The translations under genes were made by a program, and so were the position numbers. From Camelus ferus (taxonomy: Eukaryota), in contig NC_045696.1 of NCBI RefSeq assembly GCF_009834535.1, positions 112,346,001 through 112,410,000 on the forward strand: 64,000 nt of DNA, in the 5' to 3' direction. Positions 51,444 through 63,397 of this stretch are shown piece by piece. The notes beneath the pieces were generated by a model. That model ran no database searches. It saw only the letters and a list, made by a program, of their open reading frames with translations, and was not told the origin of the DNA. Every line of letters starts with the position of its first letter. The stretch's first letter is position 1.

Positions 51444-54400
51444 CATGTGATAGATCTTTATTTTAATAAATCCTCTAACATGCGCAGCCCCTGTACCAGC
51501 AACCGGGAGCTCCCTCAAACACTGTGCTACATTGTGCCTCCTTACTTTTGAACAGGTACCTTCCTACCTTATCAGCTTGGAAACTTCTCAGCCTTCACGA
51601 CTCACATGAACAATGTCACTTCTGTGATGCCTTCTTAACCCACACTTGCAAACCTGCTCTGCTCCCTCCCCTTGGGGCCACTGCTTTCTGGGTACAGAGC
51701 TCTATTTAACACACTCTAATGCAATGAACAGCTTCTATGCCTGCCTCTCAAACCAGACAGACGGTGTTGCAAAGATCAGGGATCCTCCACAATTATTTAG
51801 CACAGCATGTGACTTGCATGTAATGGGTGATTGATATTCGCTAAATGTCCCCCTTCTCACAGTTTTTCCTCTGTTACCTGTGCAGGTTCACACACAACCT
51901 GCACTACTCTCATTCAGAGAGGGTGTCCTGCACACCTGCCACCCACAGACCAGGAGCACTGACATCCCTGGGGTTCCTTCCAGGACTGAACAACTGCAGG
52001 CCCCTCCCCAGACGTCCTGCACCACAGTCTGCATTTTAACAAGACCCTTGGGTGACTGAAGCCACACTGGAATTTGAGAAGAGCTGTCCTAAACATACCT
52101 CCACCCTCACCAGAGAGAGGCACACAGGAGGCACTGGGCAAATGAGAACGGTAGGAACGATTCATCGCACGTTACAAGCACAAGGAAGGTTCTCTGAAGA
52201 CATTTCAACCCCACCAGAATACGAGTCCCAGGAAGAGTCCCAGAGTTCTGTCTCTCCATATAACTCAGTGGTGACGACTCATAAGTTCCATGTTCACGGG
52301 GGTCCTGAGAAGTATTACTCTTATTTTCAACAATAACAAAGTAAAAGCAAAACAAAGCAAAATGATCCCAACCCAGATACTTGTCTAAAAGGAGAAAAAT
52401 CAGAGCTTTCAGTAGTGTTGGATCACATAACCAAAAATGAAACAACTAAAAAGCTAATCTTCTAGGGGTGAAGGGAGTCAAAATCACAAAGAACAGCCTA
52501 TCCACTGCGGGCAAGATAATTCTAGTGCACCACCTACATACATCTGAGCAAGGGGCGACCGTGACATGAAACTGATCCCGGGTCAGCGACACCTGTGCTC
52601 TTGGTGAGGCTGGAACGCTGTTTCGTGGAACATGGCAACTGGGATGCTGTCATGGAAAGTCCCCTTTCTCCCTCATCTGTGTAACGCTCCTGGGAATGTC
52701 TTAGTTGTTCTGAGCTGTAGCCTCAGTTCTCTCTTCCTACCTCCTCAATGGACATTAGACACTGAGTAAGGGCCCAAGGGAAAACGACCTTTGCATCGGA
52801 CATCCTCCCTCAAATCTAGCACTTGCGATTAGGTGACGTTACTGACTGGGGATCCATTGAGTAAAAAGAAGTCCCAATAACCAACAGCATTTTCATAGCA
52901 GGACAACAGAGTTCTCAGAGGCATGTTTTACCATAAATAGGACATTCACAGAATTTTTGCACAATTGTCAATGTTGGTCTTGCATTCTTTTCTGGAAAAA
53001 AGGGACTAGCATGTAATCGGAATCAGAGAGGACAATTTCCAGGTAAGAGGCTGCTTTGAATAGTGTGGAGTGGGCCAGAGGGCACAGGGATTGCCTGTCT
53101 TCTCTGAACTCAGGGAGAGGTGGGATTAGAAACAACAGCAAAATAAAAGCAAGAGACCACACGTTTTTACTTCAATTTATTCTAAATTCTGGAGGAGTGC
53201 CCGTTTACTCTAAATCAGCAGAAGAGAGACACTTTATTTGGGAACAGAACCTCATTTTTTTTTAATCTTGGGCAAACAAATGAACAAATAAAAAGCCCTA
53301 CATGAAACTAAGAGGAAAAAAAGGCATTTGGAGTATTTGCTTTGCCATCCTCTTCTCAAAAGAGCTTAGACATCACCGTAGTTTGCAACCTTTTCAGCTG
53401 GATACTTTTTTTCCACCACTTAACAGATGGGAAAGATTTTGTGAACTTTTCCTAAGTAACCAATAGAACTGCCTCCTCTCTCCTAAGTGCCTAGTCAGCA
53501 GATTCCTGGAGCCTGGCTGTAAAAGCACTTGTTTCCACTTTTCCCCAATCTCAGAAAGATGCCTCTTAAGCTTCAGCGAGGCAGGGCATAGCCATTCAAT
53601 TATCCAAATACTAGAAGTCTATAAAAGGACATTGCACTGCAAATTGGTTTCTTAATTTGAGTGAGACAGAATGCCCAAACACATCCCCAGATCCTGAAAA
53701 TAAATCTCCGCACATCTTCTGATTCAACCCCACTGTGGAACACATTTTTTTTTATCAATTTTGAGATAATGTGCAGATATGCAGACCATACAAGTAGGAA
53801 TGACAGTATCACAGAGGGAAAAATAAACCCCACATTAAACCTTTTTTACATGGCTATTGATAGGAGCAACAACAGATTCTATATTTTGCCTTTTTTTTAA
53901 TACAGATGTTCAGATTTCAATGTCCATGATGCTTGTAAATGTATTCAACTGTTTTAATGTGACACGTGTCTCTGAGTGCCCACTTCCCAAACATTCCAGT
54001 CATCCTTAGCTACGGGCATTACGTCTACGACCACTTGGAGAGGACACAGGGGAGAAACCTCACCAAACTAAAACCAGCTAAAAGATAATTGTGAAGCTTA
54101 TAAAAATTTACATTTATCCCATGTGAAGCAGATGGTGGATTTAGTAGAAGGCATAAAGCCACGAGCTGTCCAATTTAAGGTTTGGTCTGGTAGCAACTAT
54201 TTCCTAGAAAAGAAAGGCTTGTCAGTTTCTGTGCACATTTCCAGCTCTCCAAGGACTTACCTGTGCTTGGAAAGAGGGTGGGAGCTTGAGAATTCATTTT
54301 CCTGAGGGAACTATAAAATCCATGGACACGCTATGCTCAGCTTCCAACCTTTGCCATCAGGAGACCGTGCACCCTTAAAGCTCAGAAAACACCCAGACAG

Positions 54401-57049
54401 CACCGTGCACGTTCACAGCTCTGTACGTCTTGCAAGAAACTACCTCTCCCTCACTCGTGAGGGTCTCTTTATTGCAGTTGACACGGGCTTGCCCAGGGGA
54501 CTGACTTGTTGTTCCGTAAAGATCTTTAAATAGGCACTACTGATGAAACATTTAATCCAAGCCTCAGCATTGAATGACTGCCCCTGCCAGGGACAGTGGT
54601 CGAAAAATCTATCCCCCAATTAAATAACTGCATGCAAAGCTATGACTGTTTATTATGTCCTTTAACCCAGTTGAGCTTTTTTGGAACACAGCCAATAGGC
54701 TTCCTATTTTATTTTCATAATATGTATGTAGTACTTTAGAGATCATGGATTATTTTAGATCTTTCTTGAAGGAAATCATCTCTTTCCCCCACATGAAAAT
54801 TGGAGTATGAGTTTGAACAAGAGATGCTTGTTATGATACACCACAGAGCAATTATTCATTTAAGCGCATATTGGCTGTTTCTGAAATTCTTCTCTGCTTA
54901 TGGCTAAAATGTTACCCTTATTTGGGGGGCATTTTTGTCTCCTTAGTACCATGAATATTTTATTTTTGCCTAATTTAAACTTTGTATTCAGGAAGTGAGA
55001 GGGGGTTCATCAACTCTATATTAAGAGGCTACGTCCCCCAGGGCAAAAAGCACCCGCATTGTAGGACAGCATCAGACAACAGGAAGGTGGTCCAATCGAA
55101 AGTGTCTTGAATGATACTTTGTTCTGAAGCTTTAACTTGTTAAGAGCACAGGGGGTTGTGAGTAAAGTGACAGGGAATTTTTTTTTAAAGGGAGGGAAGT
55201 TACACATTGAACATAGGTAGTGAAATAGTACTTAACATTAGAACACTTGTGCAAAAAAAGTAAATGTTGGTTTTGAAATGTAAAGCTGTTAGAACAAAGA
55301 GCAAATATCAGAAGTTTGGAGAGGCTTAAAAATATCCTGTATTAGAATCTCTCCTCAAATACCTATATTTCACGATAAGGAACCAGAAGACTACAGTGCA
55401 TGCATCTCTACAGGGGGTTATTTTAAATGAAGTTCTTTCTGATAAAAATGTAAAGGTGCCAAGTTCTTTCTGATGATAAGCTAGCTCAGAATTTGTCTTC
55501 CATCCCTTTCAAGGAAATGGATTTTTAATTCTTCAAAGTTGTCCTACGTCTATGTTATTTTGTGCTTTCATTCAGATTAACTATGGATTTTAATTACTGC
55601 TTTCTGTCATTTGGTTAATGAATATTTTTCTGATAAGTCACATCAGGAGACCTGGATTGAAGTTACATTCCACATCCGGTCAATGTTACGAGATTGTTCT
55701 CCAGGACCCATTGATTCTTTCATCGTTGAGTGCGGAATCTGAGGGCTAATGTATCAACATCTGGGAACTGTCTTGCTCCTAAATTCAAAGGATTCTGATT
55801 TAATGAGGAATATAATCTATGAAAAGCATTATTTCCATTTTGACTTCAGCATGGGAACGATTTATCAGTTTAGACTCCTTTAAAGAGGAGGAAATGAATT
55901 GAAAAGGTTCTTGGCTTCTCTTCCAAGGAGGAGATTGCTATTGCTAAATTTCACTGAGATAAAACAATGCAAAATAAAACAAATAACTTCAAATGATGCC
56001 TATATCAATAGCTACATGAAAAAAATGAACTACGATGTGCTTGTCTCTGGCCATTTTAAGTGCCACTTCAATGTTAAGAACTGTTTACTTAGTAAATAGA
56101 GTGGACTGATATGAAGCAGTATTTCAACATAGCTCTTGTCATAATTTGGGATATTTTTGTGGGATATGATCCAGTTCCCATCGGTGCTTACAATTCTCTT
56201 TGATTTCCTTTGTTACTTCCTTCATTTTCCCCTGCTGGATCAACTTTCTCAATCACTAAGATACTTTGTGTAAATAAACCACCTAAACTTTACTGCATCT
56301 ATTGATGTATTACTCTGATGTTGGCATTATAATTCATTTGCAAAAAATGTGTATGTAATTTTTTTTTCTGAGTAGGCTATTGAAACATTACAAAATAGCC
56401 TTAGCTGGAAAGGTAATTTTTATGGAGAAAAACCAAAATAAACTAAGAATAAATTAGAAAGTCTGATATCTTCACGATGAACATGAAAGAAAAAAAATTG
56501 GCTCATTCTATTCTCTTCAATCACTGAGAAGAATCTCGAGTTACTTTCAGACACTCAATATCAATTTTTGCACCCTAGAGAAATGTGCAACTCAGAAAGC
56601 TTCACTGACTCTTTTTGAATTAGTAAAACCTAAAGGGTGAGGAAGAAACATAGTCTTAAAGTCAGAAAATACTAGAATGACAGGTACCACAAGCTATGTC
56701 GTGAGGAGGCTGCCAAAAACAAAACAAAATCTGTATTTTTTTTTTCCCTTTGTCATTATTAGAAAAAAAGACCTGTGTCATTTAAAAAGACCTTTCAGCT
56801 GCTCTCCAGTCAACGACCGAGCAACTTGTCAGGAACTCTGAAGGGACTTTTCAACGTTAATAATTTGAAGTCCTAATGTCAAACTTCACTTTTGGATTAG
56901 CAAGTATATCTGGTTCGCCAAATAGCACAGTTTTTCCTTCTAAATGCCCCACAATGAACACATAGGCTTTAACATCTATTCTTTTGATAAGCCATCTTGA
57001 GGTGGTCTGACTTTTGTTTTCTTTACTTTCACAAACACACTCCCCACCA

Positions 57050-57360
57050 TGATTAATGGCCTCCCATTGGGTATATGGAAGATTTCCCAGACCGGTTCCC
57101 TTGAGAATGCTTCACGACGAGGATTTCTGGGCAAAGCTAGATTGAAAGAGGAGGGGCGTGAGCTATGGTCCCCCTTCCCCACAGCCATCAATTATAGGCA
57201 GTTATAAATCAAAGTTTGCAGCCCAAACAAAGACCCTTGGGGCAAGCAAACAAGGGCGTTCACGGCAAATTGTTTTGAAGCCGACTAAAACTCTTGACAG
57301 AAAACAATGGCGTCAGCAAAGCCACTGTCAATATCACTCTAAAGTTTAGCTGATTTATGA
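57050..57360. promoter_or_regulatory. Candidate developmental enhancer (PBX-HOX/MEIS/TCF/SOX motif cluster)
   Basis: TGATTAATGG 57050, CCATCAATTA 57185, TTATAAATCA 57202, ATCAAAG 57208, TGACAG 57295, AACAATGG 57303, CTGTCA 57325, TGATTTATGA 57351, all in non-repeat DNA. Function is inferred. Confidence 0.5.
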
Positions 57361-57845
57361 AGAATTAGACATGGTGGATCAAGTTGCTGGAGGATTGACT
57401 GAGAAAACAGTAAGGAGAAGTGTGAACACACTAACAAAAAAACCAAACGAAACTCTTCCTTGATCACAAAAAGTTTAGCCAAATAACATGTTTATTGTAT
57501 GAATTTGACCCATTGCCTAAGCTCCCTACTGTGAAATCTCTGATTATCAGTCTCCCTCTTTCCCTCCTTACTTATTTTTGGTTCCTGTGGAGGCAAAATT
57601 ATTGGCCTTTACAACCTTCCTGTGAACCATGGTTTCAGGGTCATACCTCGCTTTCTATTTTGATCCTACACTTGGAAAAATTTCAACTATTTCATATACT
57701 GTTTACATGCCCCACGTAAAAATCTATTTTACATGGAGAAACAGGAAAATACTGACTTTTGTGAAAACAAATAGAAATACCTTTGGAAGGCAAAGCTCAC
57801 TCAGAAGGTATGAAATTAAATAAATAATGCTCTGGCTTTCTAGGG

Positions 57846-57898
57846 GTTTTGTTTTTGTTGTTTGTTTGTTTTTTTTGTTTTGTTTTGTTTTGTTTTTT
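57846..57898. repeat. (TTTTG)n/(TTTG)n simple repeat
   Basis: Read directly from the sequence. Confidence 0.9.
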
Positions 57899-58039
57899 CA
57901 AATCTTCGAGGTCTAACATTGGCCAAGAGCCTTTTCTTTTAGAACCAGAGACTGCTCACACCTGGAAAGCATGTATGTATGTATGTACTTGGGTGAAAGA
58001 ATGAATAGTAATTCTAATAACAATCTCCAATGCAATTAT

Positions 58040-58285
58040 AACTATCATTTTCTGAGCATTTACTGTGTGCCAGGTATTCTTCAAAGCAATTTAATGTGTA
58101 TTATCTCATTTACTCTCCAGAGCAAATCTATGAAGCCTTTACTACTATCCTCTGCATTCTATGGAAGAAGAAACCAGAGCATCAAGAGTGTACCTTATCT
58201 GAGGTTGCATGGTTAGAAAGTTATACAAGTAAGACCTGGTGGGTCCTGGCTTTGAACTCAAGAAGTATGACTTCTCGAGTGCATG
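58040..58285 (-). mobile_element. MIR SINE
   Basis: ctgagcatttactgtgtgccaggta...tattatctcattta...gctttgaactca...taaccactac. Confidence 0.8.
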
Positions 58286-58559
58286 ATCCTAACCACTACA
58301 TTTAAACTCACATTTGGGAGAAAAAATAGAAAATATATCTTCCTTAAATCACTCAAAATTGATTCAAAATCTTTGTAAGGTAAATGATTTTACTGATTAA
58401 AGATGTTTTACTTGCCCCACTCATCTCTCCTACCATAGCAAGTCATGAGACTCAACTCCAATGATGTAGAAGACAAATATGGAAAGGAACTCTTTTAAAA
58501 TGTATGGAACATCTAAAGTTATCTTGTCCACTATCACTTTGTCTTAATAATAACAGAAC

Positions 58560-58825
58560 TGCTTGTTCTTGTGACTAGCCCATTCCATGTTCTTCTGGAA
58601 GGCAAGTGGTGATCATATGATTCAGACATAACCAGACACCATCAATCCTACAGCCACAAGGTAGAAGGAGTTCAAGTCCCTGAATCATTATGTGGAGGAG
58701 AGCTGTCTCCATCCTCAACACCCACCAAAGGCTGTGATACAGATAAAAATAAACTTCCATTATATTGAAGCATTATACATTTTGGTCCCTTTCTTATAGC
58801 AGTTTAGCTTACCCTGATTAATGCA
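58560..58825 (+). mobile_element. MLT1-type MaLR LTR fragment
   Basis: gtccctgaatcatt...aaaataaacttccattatattgaagc...cagtttagcttaccctgattaatgca. Confidence 0.65.
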
Positions 58826-60399
58826 ATAAAAATACAAATTTAGCTACACTTTAAGTTTAGATTTTTTTCATTAGATTAGTCAGAGTGAAGATCCTGGGGA
58901 TGAACTGGGGACAAATCTGGACAATTATGGAGTCACTGGGTCAGGAACAAGTAAGACAGAAAGAAGATGATGAAGGCAAGAGTCTCTAATTTCATCATTT
59001 GGGAGGAAGTGGGCCCTGATCAAGACTGAGAAATTAGATTTTTTAAATTGAGAGTGTTTATCTTCAATTTTGTGTTCAGGAAAGAACAAAGGAAATTAAC
59101 TAAATGGGTAAAGTTGTAAAGAAAATTTGGCAGGGGGCAGAAAAGAGGTTAGAAAAAGAAAATCTACAGGAAAGAAGAAAAGGAGAGAAATGTAAGAGTG
59201 ATAAAATGAACAAACAAAAACTCCAATAATCCCCCAAACATACTTTTTTACCAAAATCTAGAACATTCTTGAAGAACAATTTATTCAGATTTTTCCCATC
59301 CTGTGATGTGATTGAAAAACAAAGATTCAGTATTTAAAAAGGATAAAATTTGAAAACAAGTTAACCCGAGAATGATTCCCTCACACTTCTTGGTAGGATG
59401 CCTGATACTCTGCTTTCTATGGATTTTGCTACGTTTTTAAATGAAATTCTGCTTTACTTTCATACAACAAACAGATGACACTGTTGCTTGGCAAAGAATA
59501 AATTCCAATTGATAAAATCATCCAGTATGTTCGAACCTCAAGTGGCACATCTATGGTCATCACCTCTTGGTATTCTGCTTCTGGAGTGATGCATGCCTTA
59601 TGGCATCTTCAAAATAACAGATCCTGTTAAACAGCAGCTTATTCAACTAAAAGCGCTGCAAGGTCTGTCTTACTATTTTATACTGAAAGGATAGTACACA
59701 AATGATCTCTTGACATGATTAGTGCATAAAAATGTGCTTTAGCATTCAGTGAAGTGGGGGGAAAGTATTTAGGAGATTATTTAGGAGTATTTAGGAGATT
59801 ACACTGATTTATGGTGGGGTCTTTACAAGTTGGCAAATGCTCTTTTTAAAAAAGGTACTCCAAATTGACTTTAAAATCTAATTAAAATTTTAGATTAAAA
59901 TAAATATACATATTAAAAATAGAAATAAATTCAAAGATCTGGAAACAAATGTTTAAAAACTCAAACAGATGGAAAATAAAAAGGGGGAAAATACAAGGAG
60001 CAATATAATTAAAGCCAGAGAAACAATAGCAAAAACGTCCCTTTGCATTTTCTGACGAATCTAAAAGAACAGCTTACACATCCCTTTTAAAATAGTATTT
60101 CATAAACCCCTTCCCAAATCCCAATAGTTTTCTAGTCATAAAATATCTGAAAAAAAGTTTCTTCTATACAGGAAGATTAATTATTGAATCATTAGCCAAA
60201 TGCTATTTTCATCCAGAGGATGTAACTCACTGAGGTCTGGCAGAGACTAGCTCCTGACAATGTGGAGATGAATGAAGATTCTGAAGGTCACATAGCACTG
60301 GGAGAAATTTCAACTCTGTTCAAAGTGGATAGACTCTGTTAAATACGCAGAGCATCTAGGTGAAACTTTGTAAAGGTCATGACTTAGAAGTATGGCAAC

Positions 60400-62170
60400 T
60401 CTATGCCTATAATAAGAGCTACTTTAGATTTTTGCCAACAAAACCTAAGATTAACCTGAGACTCTAGCTACTTAAAAGCCAACTATAACAAAACTCAGTC
60501 ATCTTTAAAAGGTGATAATTTAACCCAGACCCCCAACAACACAGAACTGACCATGTCTAGCATACATTCAGTAATTAACACACAATAAAAGGAGCAGGAG
60601 ACAAATTACCATGAGAGATAAAATATAGGAACCCAGGCATGACACAGATGTTAGTGTTAGCAAATAAAGATTTTAAAAAATTAGTATATTTGCAATGAAT
60701 TGAATAAAAATGGACATAGTGAGCAAGAGGCAAATCATAACAGAGAAATGGGCAAACTATAAAAGAACCATATAAAAATTCCATAATTGAAAAACAGTGT
60801 CTGAAAGGAAAAAAAATTCACTAGTTGAGATCAAGAGCAGATTGGAAATGGCAAAAGAAAAGAGTAGTCAACTTCAAGAAAGATCAATAGAAGCTTTCTA
60901 AAAGTGAAGCACAGAGAAGATTAGAAGAAAAAAACAAACAAATAGATGCTTAGTGATCTCTGTGACAACATAAAATGGTTTATCATATATTTTACTGGAG
61001 TCTCCAAGAAAGAGAAGAGACAAATGGAGGCAAAAGAAATACATTTGAACAAAAATGATTAAGAATTTCCTATGTTATTATTCCAAAATATTTTTTAACT
61101 TATCAAGATTCCGGGAGCTTAATCAATCCCACACACAATACTTGTAAGAAAAACCAAACCTTAAAAGCATATCATGCTTTGGTTTTTTGTTTTTGTTTTT
61201 TAGATTCCACATATAAGCGATCTCATACAAAACAGAAATAAACTCACAGACATAGAATACAAACTTGTGGTTGCCAAGGGGGTGGAGGGTGGGAAGGGAT
61301 AGACGGGAATTTAAAATTGTAGAATAGATAAACAAGATTATACTGTATAGCACAGGGAAATATACACAAGATCTTATGGTAGCTCACAGAGAAAAAAATG
61401 TGACAATGAATATATATATGTTCATGTATAACTGAAAAATTGTGCTCTACACTGGAATTTGACACAACATTGTAAAATGATTATAAATCAATAAAAATGT
61501 TAAAAAAAGCATATCATATTAAAAATGTTGAAAACAAAAGATAAACAAAAGCTTTAAAAGCAGCCACAAGGTAAAAGACATATCACATAAAGAGAAACAA
61601 CAGTAAGAGTAACAGCTGTGTTTATCAGAAACAAAGTAGGCCAGAAGGCAATGGAACAACATCTATAAAGTACTGAAATCGAAAAAAAAAAACTAGACAT
61701 CTCACAAACATATTCTCCAAACATGTTCTCCAGAAACAAAGATGGGACAAAAACATTTTTAGGTTAACAAAAGTTTCAAGGCTTCAGTACCCAGATGACT
61801 TGCATTGTAATAAGTGTCACAGAAAGTTCTCCAGATTGAAGTGAAATACTATAAGGAAGAAATTCAAGTCTACGTAAAGAAATGAAAAGCTCTTGAAAAG
61901 ACGAATATGTCGTAAACATAAATAATATTTTTTGTTTTTCTTAATTTGTTAAAAGACAAGTGACTAAGTAAAAAATGACATTGTGCTTTGGGGTTCATAA
62001 AACATATAAAGAAGATATGAGAGAAATAATACAGAGGACACAAGGGGGTAAATAGAGATCATTGTAAGATTTTTAATATTGTACTTGGAGAGATTTAACA
62101 ATAATCAAAGCAGACGAGAATAAGTTAAAGACACATTAAAATCTCTAAAACAAGTAAAAATATACATAAT
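60400..62170 (+). mobile_element. Ancient L1M ORF1 and inter-ORF region
   Basis: gcagattggaaatggcaaaagaaaag...tgtgacaacataaa...ggagtctccaagaa...gccagaaggcaatggaacaacatct. Confidence 0.75.
61176..61504 (+). mobile_element. Young short LINE-1 with a 5' inversion
   Basis: Perfect 13-bp TSD aaaagcatatcat (61163-61175 / 61505-61517); 61176-61227 is inverted, the rest is sense 3'UTR plus tail. Confidence 0.93.
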
Positions 62171-62171
62171 G

Positions 62172-63397
62172 AAGACAAGATACAACAAACCTCCTAGAGG
62201 AAAACATAGGCAAAACATTATCTGACATACATCTCAAAAATTTTCTCCTAGAAGAAATAAAAGCAAGAATAAACAAATGGGACCTAATGAAACTTACAAG
62301 CTTCTGCACAGCAAAGGAAACCAGAAATAAAACAAGAAGAAAACCTACGGAATGGGAGAAAATTTTTGCAAGTGAAACCGACAAAGGCTTGATCTCCAGA
62401 ATATATAAGCAGCTCATACGACTCAATAAGAAAAAAAATAAACAACCCAATCCAAAAATGGGCAGAAGACCTAAACAAGCAATTCTCCAAGGAAGACATA
62501 CAAATGATCAAAAGGCACATGAAAAAATGCTCAGTATCACTAATTATTAGAGAAATGCAAATCAAAACTACAATGAGGTATCACCTCACACCAGTCAGAA
62601 TGGCCATCATTCAAAAATCCACAAATGACAAATGCTGGAGAGGCTGTGGAGAAAGGGGAACCCTCCTACACTGCTGGTGGGAATGCAGTTTGGTGCAGCC
62701 ACTATGGAAAACAGTGTGGAGATTCCTCAAAAGACTAGGAATAGACTTACCATATGACCCAGAAATCCCACTCCTGGGCTTTTATCCAGAAGGAAATCTA
62801 CTTCAGGATGACACCTGCACCCCAATGTTCATAGCAGCACTATTTACAATAGCCAAAACATGGAAACAGCCTAAATGTCCATCAACAGGTGACTGGATAA
62901 AGAAGATGTGGTATATTTATACAATGGAATACTACTCAGCCATAAAAACTGACAACATAATGCCATTTGCAGCAACATGGATGCTCCTGGAGAATGTCAT
63001 TCTAAGTGAAGTAAGCCAGAAAGAGAAAGAAAAATACCATATGAGATCGCTCATATGTGGAATCTAAAAAACAAAAACAAAAACAAACAAACAAACAAAA
63101 ACAAAGCGTAAATAAAGGACAGAAATAGACTCACAGACAGAGAATACAGACTTGTGGTTACCAGGGGGGTGGAGGGTGGGAAGGGATAGACTGGGATTTC
63201 AAAATTGTAGAATAGACTACACTGTATAGCACAGGGAAATATACACAAAATGTTATGATAACTCACAGAGAAAAAAAATGTGACAATGAGTGTGTATATC
63301 TCCATGAATAACTGAAAAATTGTGCTGAACACTGGAATTTGACACAACATTGTAAAATGATTATAAATCAATAAAAAATGTTAAAAAAAAAAAAAAA
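62172..63397 (+). mobile_element. Young 5'-truncated LINE-1 (ORF2 C-terminus, 3'UTR, poly(A))
   Basis: ORFs 62287-62550 and 62504-63067 (CWRGC...HCWWEC...SLICGI*) are joined by one frameshift in an A-run near 62431-62438; pure A tail of ~16 nt. Confidence 0.96.

Noticed and set aside
62287..63067. Host gene or active retrotransposon
   Set aside because: It is a 5'-truncated L1 ORF2 C-terminus lacking the promoter, ORF1, endonuclease and RT domains
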